From Dehalococcoidia bacterium (GTDB lineage: Bacteria; Chloroflexota; Dehalococcoidia; Lucifugimonadales; UBA3495), in contig OZ242009.1 of assembly GCA_965204715.1 (NCBI GenBank), positions 244,893 to 308,892 on the forward strand: 64,000 bases of DNA, in the 5' to 3' direction. Below the pieces are notes generated by a model. It saw only the letters and a list, made by a program, of their open reading frames with translations, had not been told where the DNA came from and ran no database searches. Position 1 is the first letter of the stretch, and every line of letters begins with the position of its first letter. The position numbers were made by a program, and so were the translations under genes. This document shows, piece after piece, positions 8,367 through 16,256 of the stretch.

Positions 8367-9689
8367 ATGGCACAGCCAACCAGGTCTCCAGCGCCCGCAT
8401 CAGCGCCTGCGTCGAGTAGTGGAGAAGACCTCGGCAACCAGTTCCTCCTGAGCGGCAAGTTCATAGCTGCCCTGTTTGTGACCGCCCTCATACTCGCTGC
8501 GCTATCTTTCTTCGCCGACCTATTCGGGCCGATTTCCCTCATAGTCCTTGCGTTGGCGATTTGCGCTCTCTGTTACAGGTTGAGACTCGCCATGAGGTTC
8601 CTGATATGCGCCCTGGTGCTGGCCGGTATAAGCCTTTACGTGGCCAGACCCATGCTGTCGGAGACCTTCTACGATGTGGGTTTGAAAGTCCTGAGTTCCT
8701 ACGGCGACCCCGGTGAGAGAGCAATCTGGCCCGACCCGGCCAGGAGGGACCTGCCGGACACGGTCGTCACAGAAGTCCCATACGGCGACGGCTTGCAGGG
8801 CTTCGACACCACCACCGCGGAAGGCAGGGTTGGGGCGATCTCGGGCCTGAAGTATGAAACGGGCGCAAGATACCTGGGGTACGCCGCTGCCGCACTACTG
8901 TTTACCGGGCTGGTCATTGCCTGCCTCGGCACAGCCTTGAGGCTGCTGGGAGTTACCAGGGAGCCGGCAGCGGCACCGGCATCCACGTCCAGCGCGTCGG
9001 GACTGTTCAGCAAGATTGGTCGAGACGTCAGGGTGGGGCTGGCCATGGTGGCCATCGGGTGGGTATTGTTCCTGGTCGGCGGGCTTCCGCAAGATATCTT
9101 CAATGGGTCACTCCCAGGGGGCGTGGACTATCTCAGAGGGGAGGGCATAAATTCGGAAGCCGCGCATCTATTCTGGCCAATGATGATACTCGATAAAGTC
9201 CAGTATATGGGTGGCGCACTCATTTGGATGGGGATTGCCTTCTCCTTCTTCCCATTGGTTAGAAGAGCATGGAGATGGGCCTGTTCAAAACATGACCACT
9301 ATTACAGAAAACTGGGATTTGCATTGGTGGCGTTCGGGACCCCAGTAAGTGTTTTCTCTCTGAATGTTCTGCCGGCGTTGATCATCCCAACGGTCCGGGA
9401 AACCGCGGCCCCGCCCGGCGATTTCATGTTTCTTTCCAGCTTCACCTACTACCCAGAGTGGCTCAGGACAAGTATGTCAATCATGGACATTCTGGGGCCG
9501 GCATGCATAATCGCCGGGATTCTCTTTATCCTGTTCGGAGAAAACACTCTGCCCTGGATTTGTAAACTTATAGCAAAATACTTTAGCTCCTGGTTCGCCT
9601 CGCCCGGTCGTCCGTCAAGTTCTGGTTCCCCCAGCAGCAGCGAAAGAGACAGCGGGCCGCCTACCCTATTTGACGGCAGGCCACGCTGA
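8367..9689 (+). CDS. polytopic membrane protein of unknown family, paralog P1 (~8 TM, Ser-rich C-terminal tail)
   Basis: 440 aa with a Pro/Ser-rich N-terminus and about 8 hydrophobic helices. Conserved blocks shared with P2 include ETFYDVGLKVLSSYGDP, LFWPMMILDKVQYMGGALIWMG, IPTVRE and WLRTSMSI. The tail is PGRPSSSGSPSSSERDSG. Confidence 0.6.
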   Translation: MAQPTRSPAPASAPASSSGEDLGNQFLLSGKFIAALFVTALILAALSFFADLFGPISLIVLALAICALCYRLRLAMRFLICALVLAGISLYVARPMLSETFYDVGLKVLSSYGDPGERAIWPDPARRDLPDTVVTEVPYGDGLQGFDTTTAEGRVGAISGLKYETGARYLGYAAAALLFTGLVIACLGTALRLLGVTREPAAAPASTSSASGLFSKIGRDVRVGLAMVAIGWVLFLVGGLPQDIFNGSLPGGVDYLRGEGINSEAAHLFWPMMILDKVQYMGGALIWMGIAFSFFPLVRRAWRWACSKHDHYYRKLGFALVAFGTPVSVFSLNVLPALIIPTVRETAAPPGDFMFLSSFTYYPEWLRTSMSIMDILGPACIIAGILFILFGENTLPWICKLIAKYFSSWFASPGRPSSSGSPSSSERDSGPPTLFDGRPR

Positions 9690-9714
9690 TCATAGGCGTT
9701 CTCGGAGGTAAGCT

Positions 9715-10947
9715 ATGGACCAGCCAACTAACCCGCCGACCCCCGCACCGACGCCTTCACCCGCATCACCACCTGAGACCGAGTCCGTTACGTTTTGGCC
9801 TCGCGGACTAATCTGTATCGGGGTCGGGATCATACTTATGATATTGGCCCCGATTGTGCAGGCGATCACGGGAAGTCTAGTCCTCCTATTCGTTAGCCTG
9901 ATAATCTTCGCCGTGGGATACTGCGTTGTCTCTTTCGATTTTAGACTGGTCCCCAGGCTGTTGGTGTTGGCCGTTATGGGAATTGCAATCATCTCTTTTC
10001 TGTCCACATTATTCCTGGGGGAAGTCTTCTATGATGCGGTGCTTAAAGTCCTGAATTCCTATACCGACCCGGTGCAAAGGGAGTTTTTGCCAGACCCAGA
10101 GCAAGCAGAGGCGGCGAAAGACATGCCCTTTGGTGTCGAGTCCAAATCTGAAATGGGTTCTCAACTCCTGGAGTTCACCGGGTACATATCCTTTGCGCTC
10201 GGAGTCATCGTTACTTGTCTTGGCGCATTGCTCAAATTTGCAGGCAAGTTTCGCGGGGTAATCGGAGTTGGACTGTCAATGATAATTATTGGCCTGTTCC
10301 TGCTTCTCACCCCCGCGCTTCCGCAGTACATCCTGGATGAGGTTCTCAGAGAAGGCACAGGTTATTCGAATGGGGCAATCAGCCCTAACTCCCCGGTCCC
10401 GTGGTTGTTCTGGCCGCTTTTCGCCCTTGACAAGGCATCGTACGTAGGCGGCGTAATCATGTGGCTTGGGGTATTCATCCTCATATTGGGCCTGATCGAC
10501 CGTCTGATCAACAGAAGGGGAGAGGATGCCGAGGTCAAGAGGCTGGGCCTGGCGTTATTCGCAATTGGAACACTCGGAGGCATCTTCCATTTTTATGTTC
10601 TGGAGGATTTCCTTATTCCAACTGCCCGGGAAATCGGAATTGCCGCGATACCGGGATGGCTCAGAACATCCATAAGCATCCTGGGCTACACGTGGTGGAT
10701 ACCCACATTGCTTGGGACCATATTCTTCATCGCAGGAATCAGGACCATGCGCAAGATTGGCTCTGCCGCAGAAAAAACCCTGGGCGCCATACATGACCAT
10801 ATTCCCGAACCATCTCCATCAAGCGGCGCGTCTTCCGAGAGTAGCAGCAGCAACGAGTCACCAGTCCCTGGAGGCGCCATCCAGGAAGCCAACAGAGCCG
10901 CACGTCGAGGCAACAGGGGCAGACGTGGCGGCGGTAGAGGCAGATAA
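9715..10947 (+). CDS. polytopic membrane protein of unknown family, paralog P2 (Ser-rich then Arg/Gly-rich tail)
   Basis: 410 aa. Blocks shared with P1 include EVFYDAVLKVLNSYTDP, LFWPLFALDKASYVGGVIMWLG, IPTARE and WLRTSISI. The tail is PSPSSGASSESSSSNESP...RRGNRGRRGGGRGR. Confidence 0.6.
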   Translation: MDQPTNPPTPAPTPSPASPPETESVTFWPRGLICIGVGIILMILAPIVQAITGSLVLLFVSLIIFAVGYCVVSFDFRLVPRLLVLAVMGIAIISFLSTLFLGEVFYDAVLKVLNSYTDPVQREFLPDPEQAEAAKDMPFGVESKSEMGSQLLEFTGYISFALGVIVTCLGALLKFAGKFRGVIGVGLSMIIIGLFLLLTPALPQYILDEVLREGTGYSNGAISPNSPVPWLFWPLFALDKASYVGGVIMWLGVFILILGLIDRLINRRGEDAEVKRLGLALFAIGTLGGIFHFYVLEDFLIPTAREIGIAAIPGWLRTSISILGYTWWIPTLLGTIFFIAGIRTMRKIGSAAEKTLGAIHDHIPEPSPSSGASSESSSSNESPVPGGAIQEANRAARRGNRGRRGGGRGR

Positions 10948-11082
10948 CCACATGACACAGTCGAGACCGACCCCGGCTCCTGTGCTGTGGACCCAGGAAC
11001 TTGCAATCAGCAGCCATAAGGCTACTCTAAGCGTTGTGGCATTCCAGCAGCACACGGGAGTCCCAGACCCAGGAGGTTGAAC

Positions 11083-12396
11083 ATGGCCTGGCCCGCGCCC
11101 ACTGATTTCAGGGATGCCGTCCAGAACCCCGAGAACTGCTTCGAGGTCCAGGACCTCGCCCAGGGAACGGCTTCGGTTACGCGCATGGGAACGCCGATGG
11201 TCTTCTCGGGCAACTTCGCCTGCGTGTTCAGGCTGGAAACCCCTGGCGGCAACGTGGCCGTGCGCTGCTTCACCCGGGAGGTGAAGGACCAGCAGGAACG
11301 CTACGGCCACCTCAGCTCCTACCTCGCCGGAGTCAGACCCGAGTTCCTCGTGGGTTTCGAGTACGTTGAACGGGGCATAAAGGTCAAGGGCGACTGGTAT
11401 CCCATCGTCAGGATGGACTGGGCCGAGGGGGACCGGCTGGACAAGTTCATTGGAGACCATCTGGACAGGCCGGACATCTTCATGGACCTGGCCGCCAGGT
11501 GGCGGGGCGTGAACGGCACCCTGCGAGGGCTGGGAATCGCCCACAACGACCTGCAGCACGGGAACGTTATGGTCCAGGAGCAGGGCGCGCTCCGCCTGGT
11601 CGACTACGACGGCATCTACCTGCCCCGGTTCGAGGGGGAACCCAGCCCCGAGATCGGCCACCGGCACTACCAGCACCCGAAGCGGACTTCCCAGAACTAC
11701 TATGAGGGCATAGACAACTTCCCCTCCCTGGTGGTCTACCTGACCTTCCTGGCGCTGCGGGCTGACCCTCAACTATGGGACAGGTTCTACAACCAGGAAA
11801 ACATGCTCTTTACCAGGGAAGACTTTGCCAACCCCGCCAACTCGGACTGCTTCAAGGCACTGAAGAGCAGCCCCGATGCCAACGTTGCCGAATTGACCGC
11901 CGTGCTAGAGGGACTCTGCTTTCAGCCCGTGGACCAGGTCCCTACCCTGGAAGAGGCTCTTCGCGGCGTCACCGTTGCCCCGTCAAGCGCGCCAGCCCCT
12001 CCGTCCCCGTCGAATGCGCCTGCTCCGCCCGCGCCGGCTCCCGCACCTGCCCCTCTGCCGTCCGCGCCCGCGCCGTCGGCGGGGTCTTCGTACCGGGACC
12101 TGCTCCAGTCCGGCCAGGCTGCCGCACCCGCATCACCCCCACCCGCGCCTCCATCATCAGCGCCCGCTCCGCCGCCGACGCCCACGCCGCCGCCTGCTCC
12201 CGCGGGCCCGGTGCTGGTTTGCCCCGGCTGCAACCGGACGAGCTCCACGGAGCATATATACTGCGGCTACGAAGACTGCGCCGCCGTGCTCCTTCCAGGG
12301 AGAAAGACCTGCAACGGCTGCAATTCCTCGATTCCGCTCAACGCCTACTTCTGCCCCGACTGCGGTGTCAATCTGGCGGCACCCGCCTCTATATGA
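11083..12396 (+). CDS. Ser/Thr protein kinase-like protein 2: kinase domain + Pro-rich linker + C-terminal double zinc ribbon
   Basis: AGGAGG lies 6 nt before ATG 11083. About 83% identical to kinase 1 over ~299 aa by manual alignment, with the same [13 protein letters not shown] and VAVRCF. The C-terminus is CPGCN...C..EDC...CNGCN...CPDCG. Confidence 0.75.
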   Translation: MAWPAPTDFRDAVQNPENCFEVQDLAQGTASVTRMGTPMVFSGNFACVFRLETPGGNVAVRCFTREVKDQQERYGHLSSYLAGVRPEFLVGFEYVERGIKVKGDWYPIVRMDWAEGDRLDKFIGDHLDRPDIFMDLAARWRGVNGTLRGLGIAHNDLQHGNVMVQEQGALRLVDYDGIYLPRFEGEPSPEIGHRHYQHPKRTSQNYYEGIDNFPSLVVYLTFLALRADPQLWDRFYNQENMLFTREDFANPANSDCFKALKSSPDANVAELTAVLEGLCFQPVDQVPTLEEALRGVTVAPSSAPAPPSPSNAPAPPAPAPAPAPLPSAPAPSAGSSYRDLLQSGQAAAPASPPPAPPSSAPAPPPTPTPPPAPAGPVLVCPGCNRTSSTEHIYCGYEDCAAVLLPGRKTCNGCNSSIPLNAYFCPDCGVNLAAPASI

Positions 12397-13484
12397 AGTG
12401 CCCAACCTGCCAGTCCGTAGTACCAAGCACGGTCAGGTTCTGCGCTTATTGCGGGGCCGGGATTCTGGCGGCTCCGCCGTCTCCCGCTGCCCGACGGTCT
12501 GGGTTGTTCGGTTTCCTCTGGGCGCACAAGGCGCTGAGTTTCTTCTTCGGTCTCGGGTCCTTGCTGCTGATTGTGGCGCTGTTCTACGCGATGAATACGG
12601 GAGATGAGGAACCGGCAATGGCCTTGGCGCTGCCGCCCCCGACTGCCACCGCCGAGCCTGCCCCTGAGCCGGCAATTATACCTACGGAGACACCGGTCCC
12701 GACGGTTGGGCCGACAGAGGCTCCCGTGCCGGCAGTTGTGCCAACGGATACTCCGGCGCCGACAGCCACGCCCATTCCTACGCCCGAGCCGACGGAGACA
12801 CCGGTCCCGACAGTAACCCCAACCCCGAGTCCGACACCCATCCCAGCCGCGACTCCGACGCCTACGCCGGTCCCAACGGCGACGCTGATTCCGACAAATA
12901 CGCCGAGGCCGACGGCGACACCAGTCCCGACGGATACGCCTCAGCCAACGCCAACACTTCGTCCAACAGCCACCCCGACGCCCACGCCGCGTCCAACGCC
13001 CACACAGGTCCCGTGGAAGGACCACACCGGTAAGGGCGATAAGTGGGGCTACACAGTGGAAATCCCTGGAAACTGGAGGTCTGCGCGGGGCGGAAAGCAA
13101 GCAGAGTTGCGCTCTTCTGATGGCCGGGCTACCCTTACAATTAGCGTCAAGGACTATCCCGAAAAACTACCGCCGCAGCAGTTCGCCGAGGAGCACCGGG
13201 CCTCGCTGATCGCCAAATATGCCTATGATGCAAATTTTTTCAACATCCTGGGCTTCCGGGGAGTCCCGCTGGACGGCCACCAGTGGTTCCGGTTGTCGTG
13301 GCGCTTGCAGCAGAAGTCCGACTCATGTGTGCTGGACATCACCGACCTGGTCTCCCGTTCCCGGAACTTCCCCGGCTGGGACCAGGGGTATATCCTGAGC
13401 TTCCGGGTGTGCGATGAACATCTTCCCGCACATCTGAAGGACCGCAAGCGGATCCTGGACAGTTTCCGGGAACTCGCTCCATGA
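12393..13484 (+). CDS. zinc-ribbon / single-TM / Pro-Thr-rich linker / C-terminal globular-domain protein
   Basis: ATG 12393 overlaps the kinase-2 stop (ATGA). Sequence [21 protein letters not shown], then TM helix [21 protein letters not shown], then ~120 aa of PT-rich linker, then ~150 aa of non-repetitive C-terminus. The upstream part of track ORF 11775..13484 is a shadow frame. Confidence 0.65.
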   Translation: MKCPTCQSVVPSTVRFCAYCGAGILAAPPSPAARRSGLFGFLWAHKALSFFFGLGSLLLIVALFYAMNTGDEEPAMALALPPPTATAEPAPEPAIIPTETPVPTVGPTEAPVPAVVPTDTPAPTATPIPTPEPTETPVPTVTPTPSPTPIPAATPTPTPVPTATLIPTNTPRPTATPVPTDTPQPTPTLRPTATPTPTPRPTPTQVPWKDHTGKGDKWGYTVEIPGNWRSARGGKQAELRSSDGRATLTISVKDYPEKLPPQQFAEEHRASLIAKYAYDANFFNILGFRGVPLDGHQWFRLSWRLQQKSDSCVLDITDLVSRSRNFPGWDQGYILSFRVCDEHLPAHLKDRKRILDSFRELAP

Positions 13485-13535
13485 GGCCGGAGCAGCCCTG
13501 TCCGGAAAGTTGCCCGATGACCCCATTCATCCTGT

Positions 13536-13564
13536 TTGACACCCGTTGCCATTCGTGATACGTT
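13536..13564 (+). promoter_or_regulatory. promoter candidate for the T-box leader / ilvB
   Basis: TTGACA (13536-13541), 17-nt spacer, TACGTT (13559-13564), preceded by TGa (extended -10 like). It sits just upstream of T-box stem I. Confidence 0.5.
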
Positions 13565-13690
13565 TCGCAATAGCAAAGGCTGTGATGGAGACGAGTAGGC
13601 AGGGGTAGGCGGTTAGCGAGCCTGGTACGGTGAAAGCAGGCGCGCCGAGCTTGTCCGAAAATCCCTCCGGAGCCGCCAGCCGAACCCCCG

Positions 13691-13715
13691 GTCAGTCGGC
13701 TACGGACTACAATAC
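13691..13715 (+). repeat. copy D of the 25-nt repeat (gtcagtcggctacggactacaatac), embedded in the T-box leader
   Basis: Matches the three copies at 59604, 59702 and 59806 at about 21-22 of 25 positions. It is flanked by complementary ccccgg/ccgggg, so it would sit in a hairpin loop. Confidence 0.6.
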
Positions 13716-13841
13716 ACGCCGGGGTATGTAAGCCGGGCCGGGCTCGCCGCCCGTTACCAACGGCGGGGCATGTTGGTGTCCTTATCGAGAGGTCTCCGCC
13801 CACGCGGGGGCAATTAGGGTGGTAACGCGGGAACTCGTTGA

Positions 13842-13871
13842 GTCTCGTCCCTAGAGGGGCGGGGCTTTTTT
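13842..13871 (+). terminator. intrinsic terminator of the T-box leader
   Basis: gtctcgtccc / taga / ggggcggggc gives a 10 bp stem (3 G-U pairs), followed by tttttt. Confidence 0.75.
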
Positions 13872-13950
13872 ATTTGCCCTGAATCAAGACCGTTGCGAGG
13901 CAACGCCCCTTCTCCCGGTAAGGCGCGCATAAGGGAACACTCTGGAGGTT

Positions 13951-15648
13951 ATGGTGAAACTCAAAGGCGCTGATATCATGTGCGAAGCTCTGCTCCGGGA
14001 AGGGGTTGACGTGGTTTTCGGCTACCCCGGCGGAGCAATCCTGCCCTTCTATGACGCCCTGTGGGGCCACCCGCAGCTCCGGCACATCCTGGTCCGGCAC
14101 GAGCAGGCCGCGGCCCACGCCGCCGACGGCTACGCCCGGGTAACCGGCAAGGCAGGCGTCTGCCTGGCGACCTCCGGGCCTGGGGCCACCAACCTGGTCA
14201 CCGGCATCATGGGGGCCAAGGCCGATTCCGTGCCGATGGTGGCCATCACCGGGCAGGTGGCCCGCACTGCATTGGGGTCGGAGGCGTTCCAGGAATGCGA
14301 CACCTGCTCCATCACCGCCCCATGCACCAAGAAGACCTACATGGTCATGTCGGCCCGGGACCTGGCTCCTACTATCCGGGAGGCATTCCAGGTCGCCCAG
14401 GAGGGAAGACCCGGCCCGGTGCTCATCGACGTGCCCCGTGACGTACAGTTGGAGGAGGCCGAGCTCGAGTTTTCCGACATGGACCGGGGCCGCAACGCTC
14501 CCCTGTCCAGGGAAACATTGCAGCACGTCTCCGAAGCGGCCAGGTTGATTAACGATGCCGAGCGTCCGGTCATCATCAGCGGGCACGGCATCCTCGCCTC
14601 GGGGGCCCACGAGGAACTGCGGGAACTGGCCGAGACCACAGGAATCCCGGTAATCACCACCCTGCTGGGACTGAGCGGGTTCCCCGGCAATCACCCCCTC
14701 AGCCTGGGGATGCTGGGGATGCACGGCATGTACTGGGCCAACCTGGCCGTGGACCAGGCCGACCTGGTCATCGGGTTGGCGATGCGCTTCGACGACCGGG
14801 TCACCGGCAGGACCTCGGGCTTCGCTCCCCACGCCCGGATCATTCACCTGGACATCGAGCCGACCCAGGTAGGCCGCAACGTTCCGGTGGAGGTCCCGCT
14901 GGTGGGGGACGCCAAGAAGGTGCTGTCGGCCCTGACGCCGCTGGTGAAGTACAAAGAACGCTCTGAGTGGATGGGCTACATCGACACCCTGCGCCGGGAG
15001 CACCCGTCTCTGGCCATCCCCAACGGCCACAGGTTGCAGGTGCAGCACGTTCTGCGAGACATGAACGGACTGCTGGAGGAAGACGACCGCACGGTGGTGG
15101 TCACCGGGGTAGGGCAGCACCAGATGTGGGCCGCCCAGTTCCTGTCCTTCAACCGCTCCAATACCTTCGTCTCGTCGGGCGGGCTGGGGGCAATGGGATT
15201 CGAGCTTCCCGCGGCGATGGGAGTGCAGGCAGGCAAGCCGGATATTCCGGTCTGGAGCATCGCTGGCGACGGGGGATTCCAGATGGTCTCCCAGGAGTTG
15301 GCCACGGTCGCCGAAGAGAATCTGCCGGTGAAGATCGCCCTGTTCAACAACGGCTACCTGGGAATGGTGCGCCAGTGGCAGGAGATGTTCTTCGAGAAGC
15401 ACTTGAAGGCAGTCCCGATCTCCGGCCCCGATTATGTCAAGCTGTCAGAGGCGTATGGAGTCCCGGCGCTCCGGGTCAGCGACCGGGAGGAGGTGATGCC
15501 GGCCCTGCGGCAGGCCCAGGCCCACGACGGCCCCTTCCTGATTGAGTTCATCGTGGACCCGGACGCCAACGTGTACCCGATGGTCCCGCCAGGCGGTTCC
15601 CTGGCCGACACTATCGAAGACCCGCTGGTGACCAACGGGTCCGGGTAA
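13951..15648 (+). CDS. ilvB: acetolactate synthase (acetohydroxyacid synthase) large subunit, TPP-dependent
   Basis: GGAGG precedes ATG 13951. MVKLKGADIMCEALLREGVDVVFGYPGGAILPFYDAL...HEQAAAHAADGYARVTGK...GDGGFQM. The T-box leader supports a biosynthetic role. No ilvN-like gene follows. Confidence 0.85.
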   Translation: MVKLKGADIMCEALLREGVDVVFGYPGGAILPFYDALWGHPQLRHILVRHEQAAAHAADGYARVTGKAGVCLATSGPGATNLVTGIMGAKADSVPMVAITGQVARTALGSEAFQECDTCSITAPCTKKTYMVMSARDLAPTIREAFQVAQEGRPGPVLIDVPRDVQLEEAELEFSDMDRGRNAPLSRETLQHVSEAARLINDAERPVIISGHGILASGAHEELRELAETTGIPVITTLLGLSGFPGNHPLSLGMLGMHGMYWANLAVDQADLVIGLAMRFDDRVTGRTSGFAPHARIIHLDIEPTQVGRNVPVEVPLVGDAKKVLSALTPLVKYKERSEWMGYIDTLRREHPSLAIPNGHRLQVQHVLRDMNGLLEEDDRTVVVTGVGQHQMWAAQFLSFNRSNTFVSSGGLGAMGFELPAAMGVQAGKPDIPVWSIAGDGGFQMVSQELATVAEENLPVKIALFNNGYLGMVRQWQEMFFEKHLKAVPISGPDYVKLSEAYGVPALRVSDREEVMPALRQAQAHDGPFLIEFIVDPDANVYPMVPPGGSLADTIEDPLVTNGSG

Positions 15649-15776
15649 CGGGCATGTCCGGGGCCGCCGACGGCTTCTTGCGGCTCGCCGGTGAATCGCC
15701 TAGACTTGCAGCAAAACGGCCGTGTCGTCGATCAGCGCACGCGCGCCATCGCGCAGGTGACTAATCGGAGGTAGCA

Positions 15777-16172
15777 GTGGAGAAGGTAACTATACAAGAG
15801 GCCTCGCGGCGGCTGAACCTGTCCCAGGCCGACATCCGGGAGTCGATCCGCAACGGGGAACTGAAGGCCACGCGGGAGCCCAGCCCGTCCGGGCGCCGCT
15901 GGATGGTGGAGATGCCCGAGGACGGCTGGGAGCACCGGTTCACGTCGTCGCTGAGAAACCTGGCCCAGTCCATGACCCCCTGGTGGTGGTCCAACGCGCA
16001 GAACACCGGGTTCGTCCACTACGTGCAGGACCTGGGAATCGAGGAGATCGAACCTCTATACCTGTGCGGACTGAAGGGGGACAACGTCTGGGACGCCGCG
16101 GACCACACCATGGAGCAGCGTTGCCCGGAGTGCGCCGCCATCGCCAAGGAACGGGACCTGCCCCACGCCTGA
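15777..16172 (+). CDS. small HTH (excisionase/MerR-like) DNA-binding protein, hypothetical
   Basis: GTG start after GGAGG. N-terminus VTIQEASRRLNLSQADIRESIRNGELKA resembles excisionase-family HTH domains. The C-terminus carries a CPEC motif. Confidence 0.45.
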   Translation: MEKVTIQEASRRLNLSQADIRESIRNGELKATREPSPSGRRWMVEMPEDGWEHRFTSSLRNLAQSMTPWWWSNAQNTGFVHYVQDLGIEEIEPLYLCGLKGDNVWDAADHTMEQRCPECAAIAKERDLPHA

Positions 16173-16256
16173 CCCGCGCCGGTCTATCCACGAAGGACGC
16201 GGAGTTTCACTGACAATAAAGTCTTTGCGTCCGTTTCGCCGAAATAGGACGGGGGT

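Larger units (their letters stand above)
13571..13872 (+). promoter_or_regulatory. T-box riboswitch leader (tRNA-sensing transcription attenuator) controlling ilvB
   Basis: Stem I GA/K-turn motif gtgatggagacgagta (13582-13597). AG-bulge AGCGAG (13615-13620). Distal loop GGTGAAAG (13629-13636). T-box sequence AATTAGGGTGGTAACGCGG (13812-13830), overlapping the 5' arm of a terminator hairpin. Confidence 0.8.

Noticed and set aside
11775-12392. N-terminal 206 codons of track ORF 11775..13484, which would make a 569-aa protein overlapping kinase 2.
   Set aside because: This part is an Arg/Pro-rich alternative frame of the kinase 2 gene. The ATG at 12393 (ATGA coupling) starts a sensible zinc-ribbon N-terminus.
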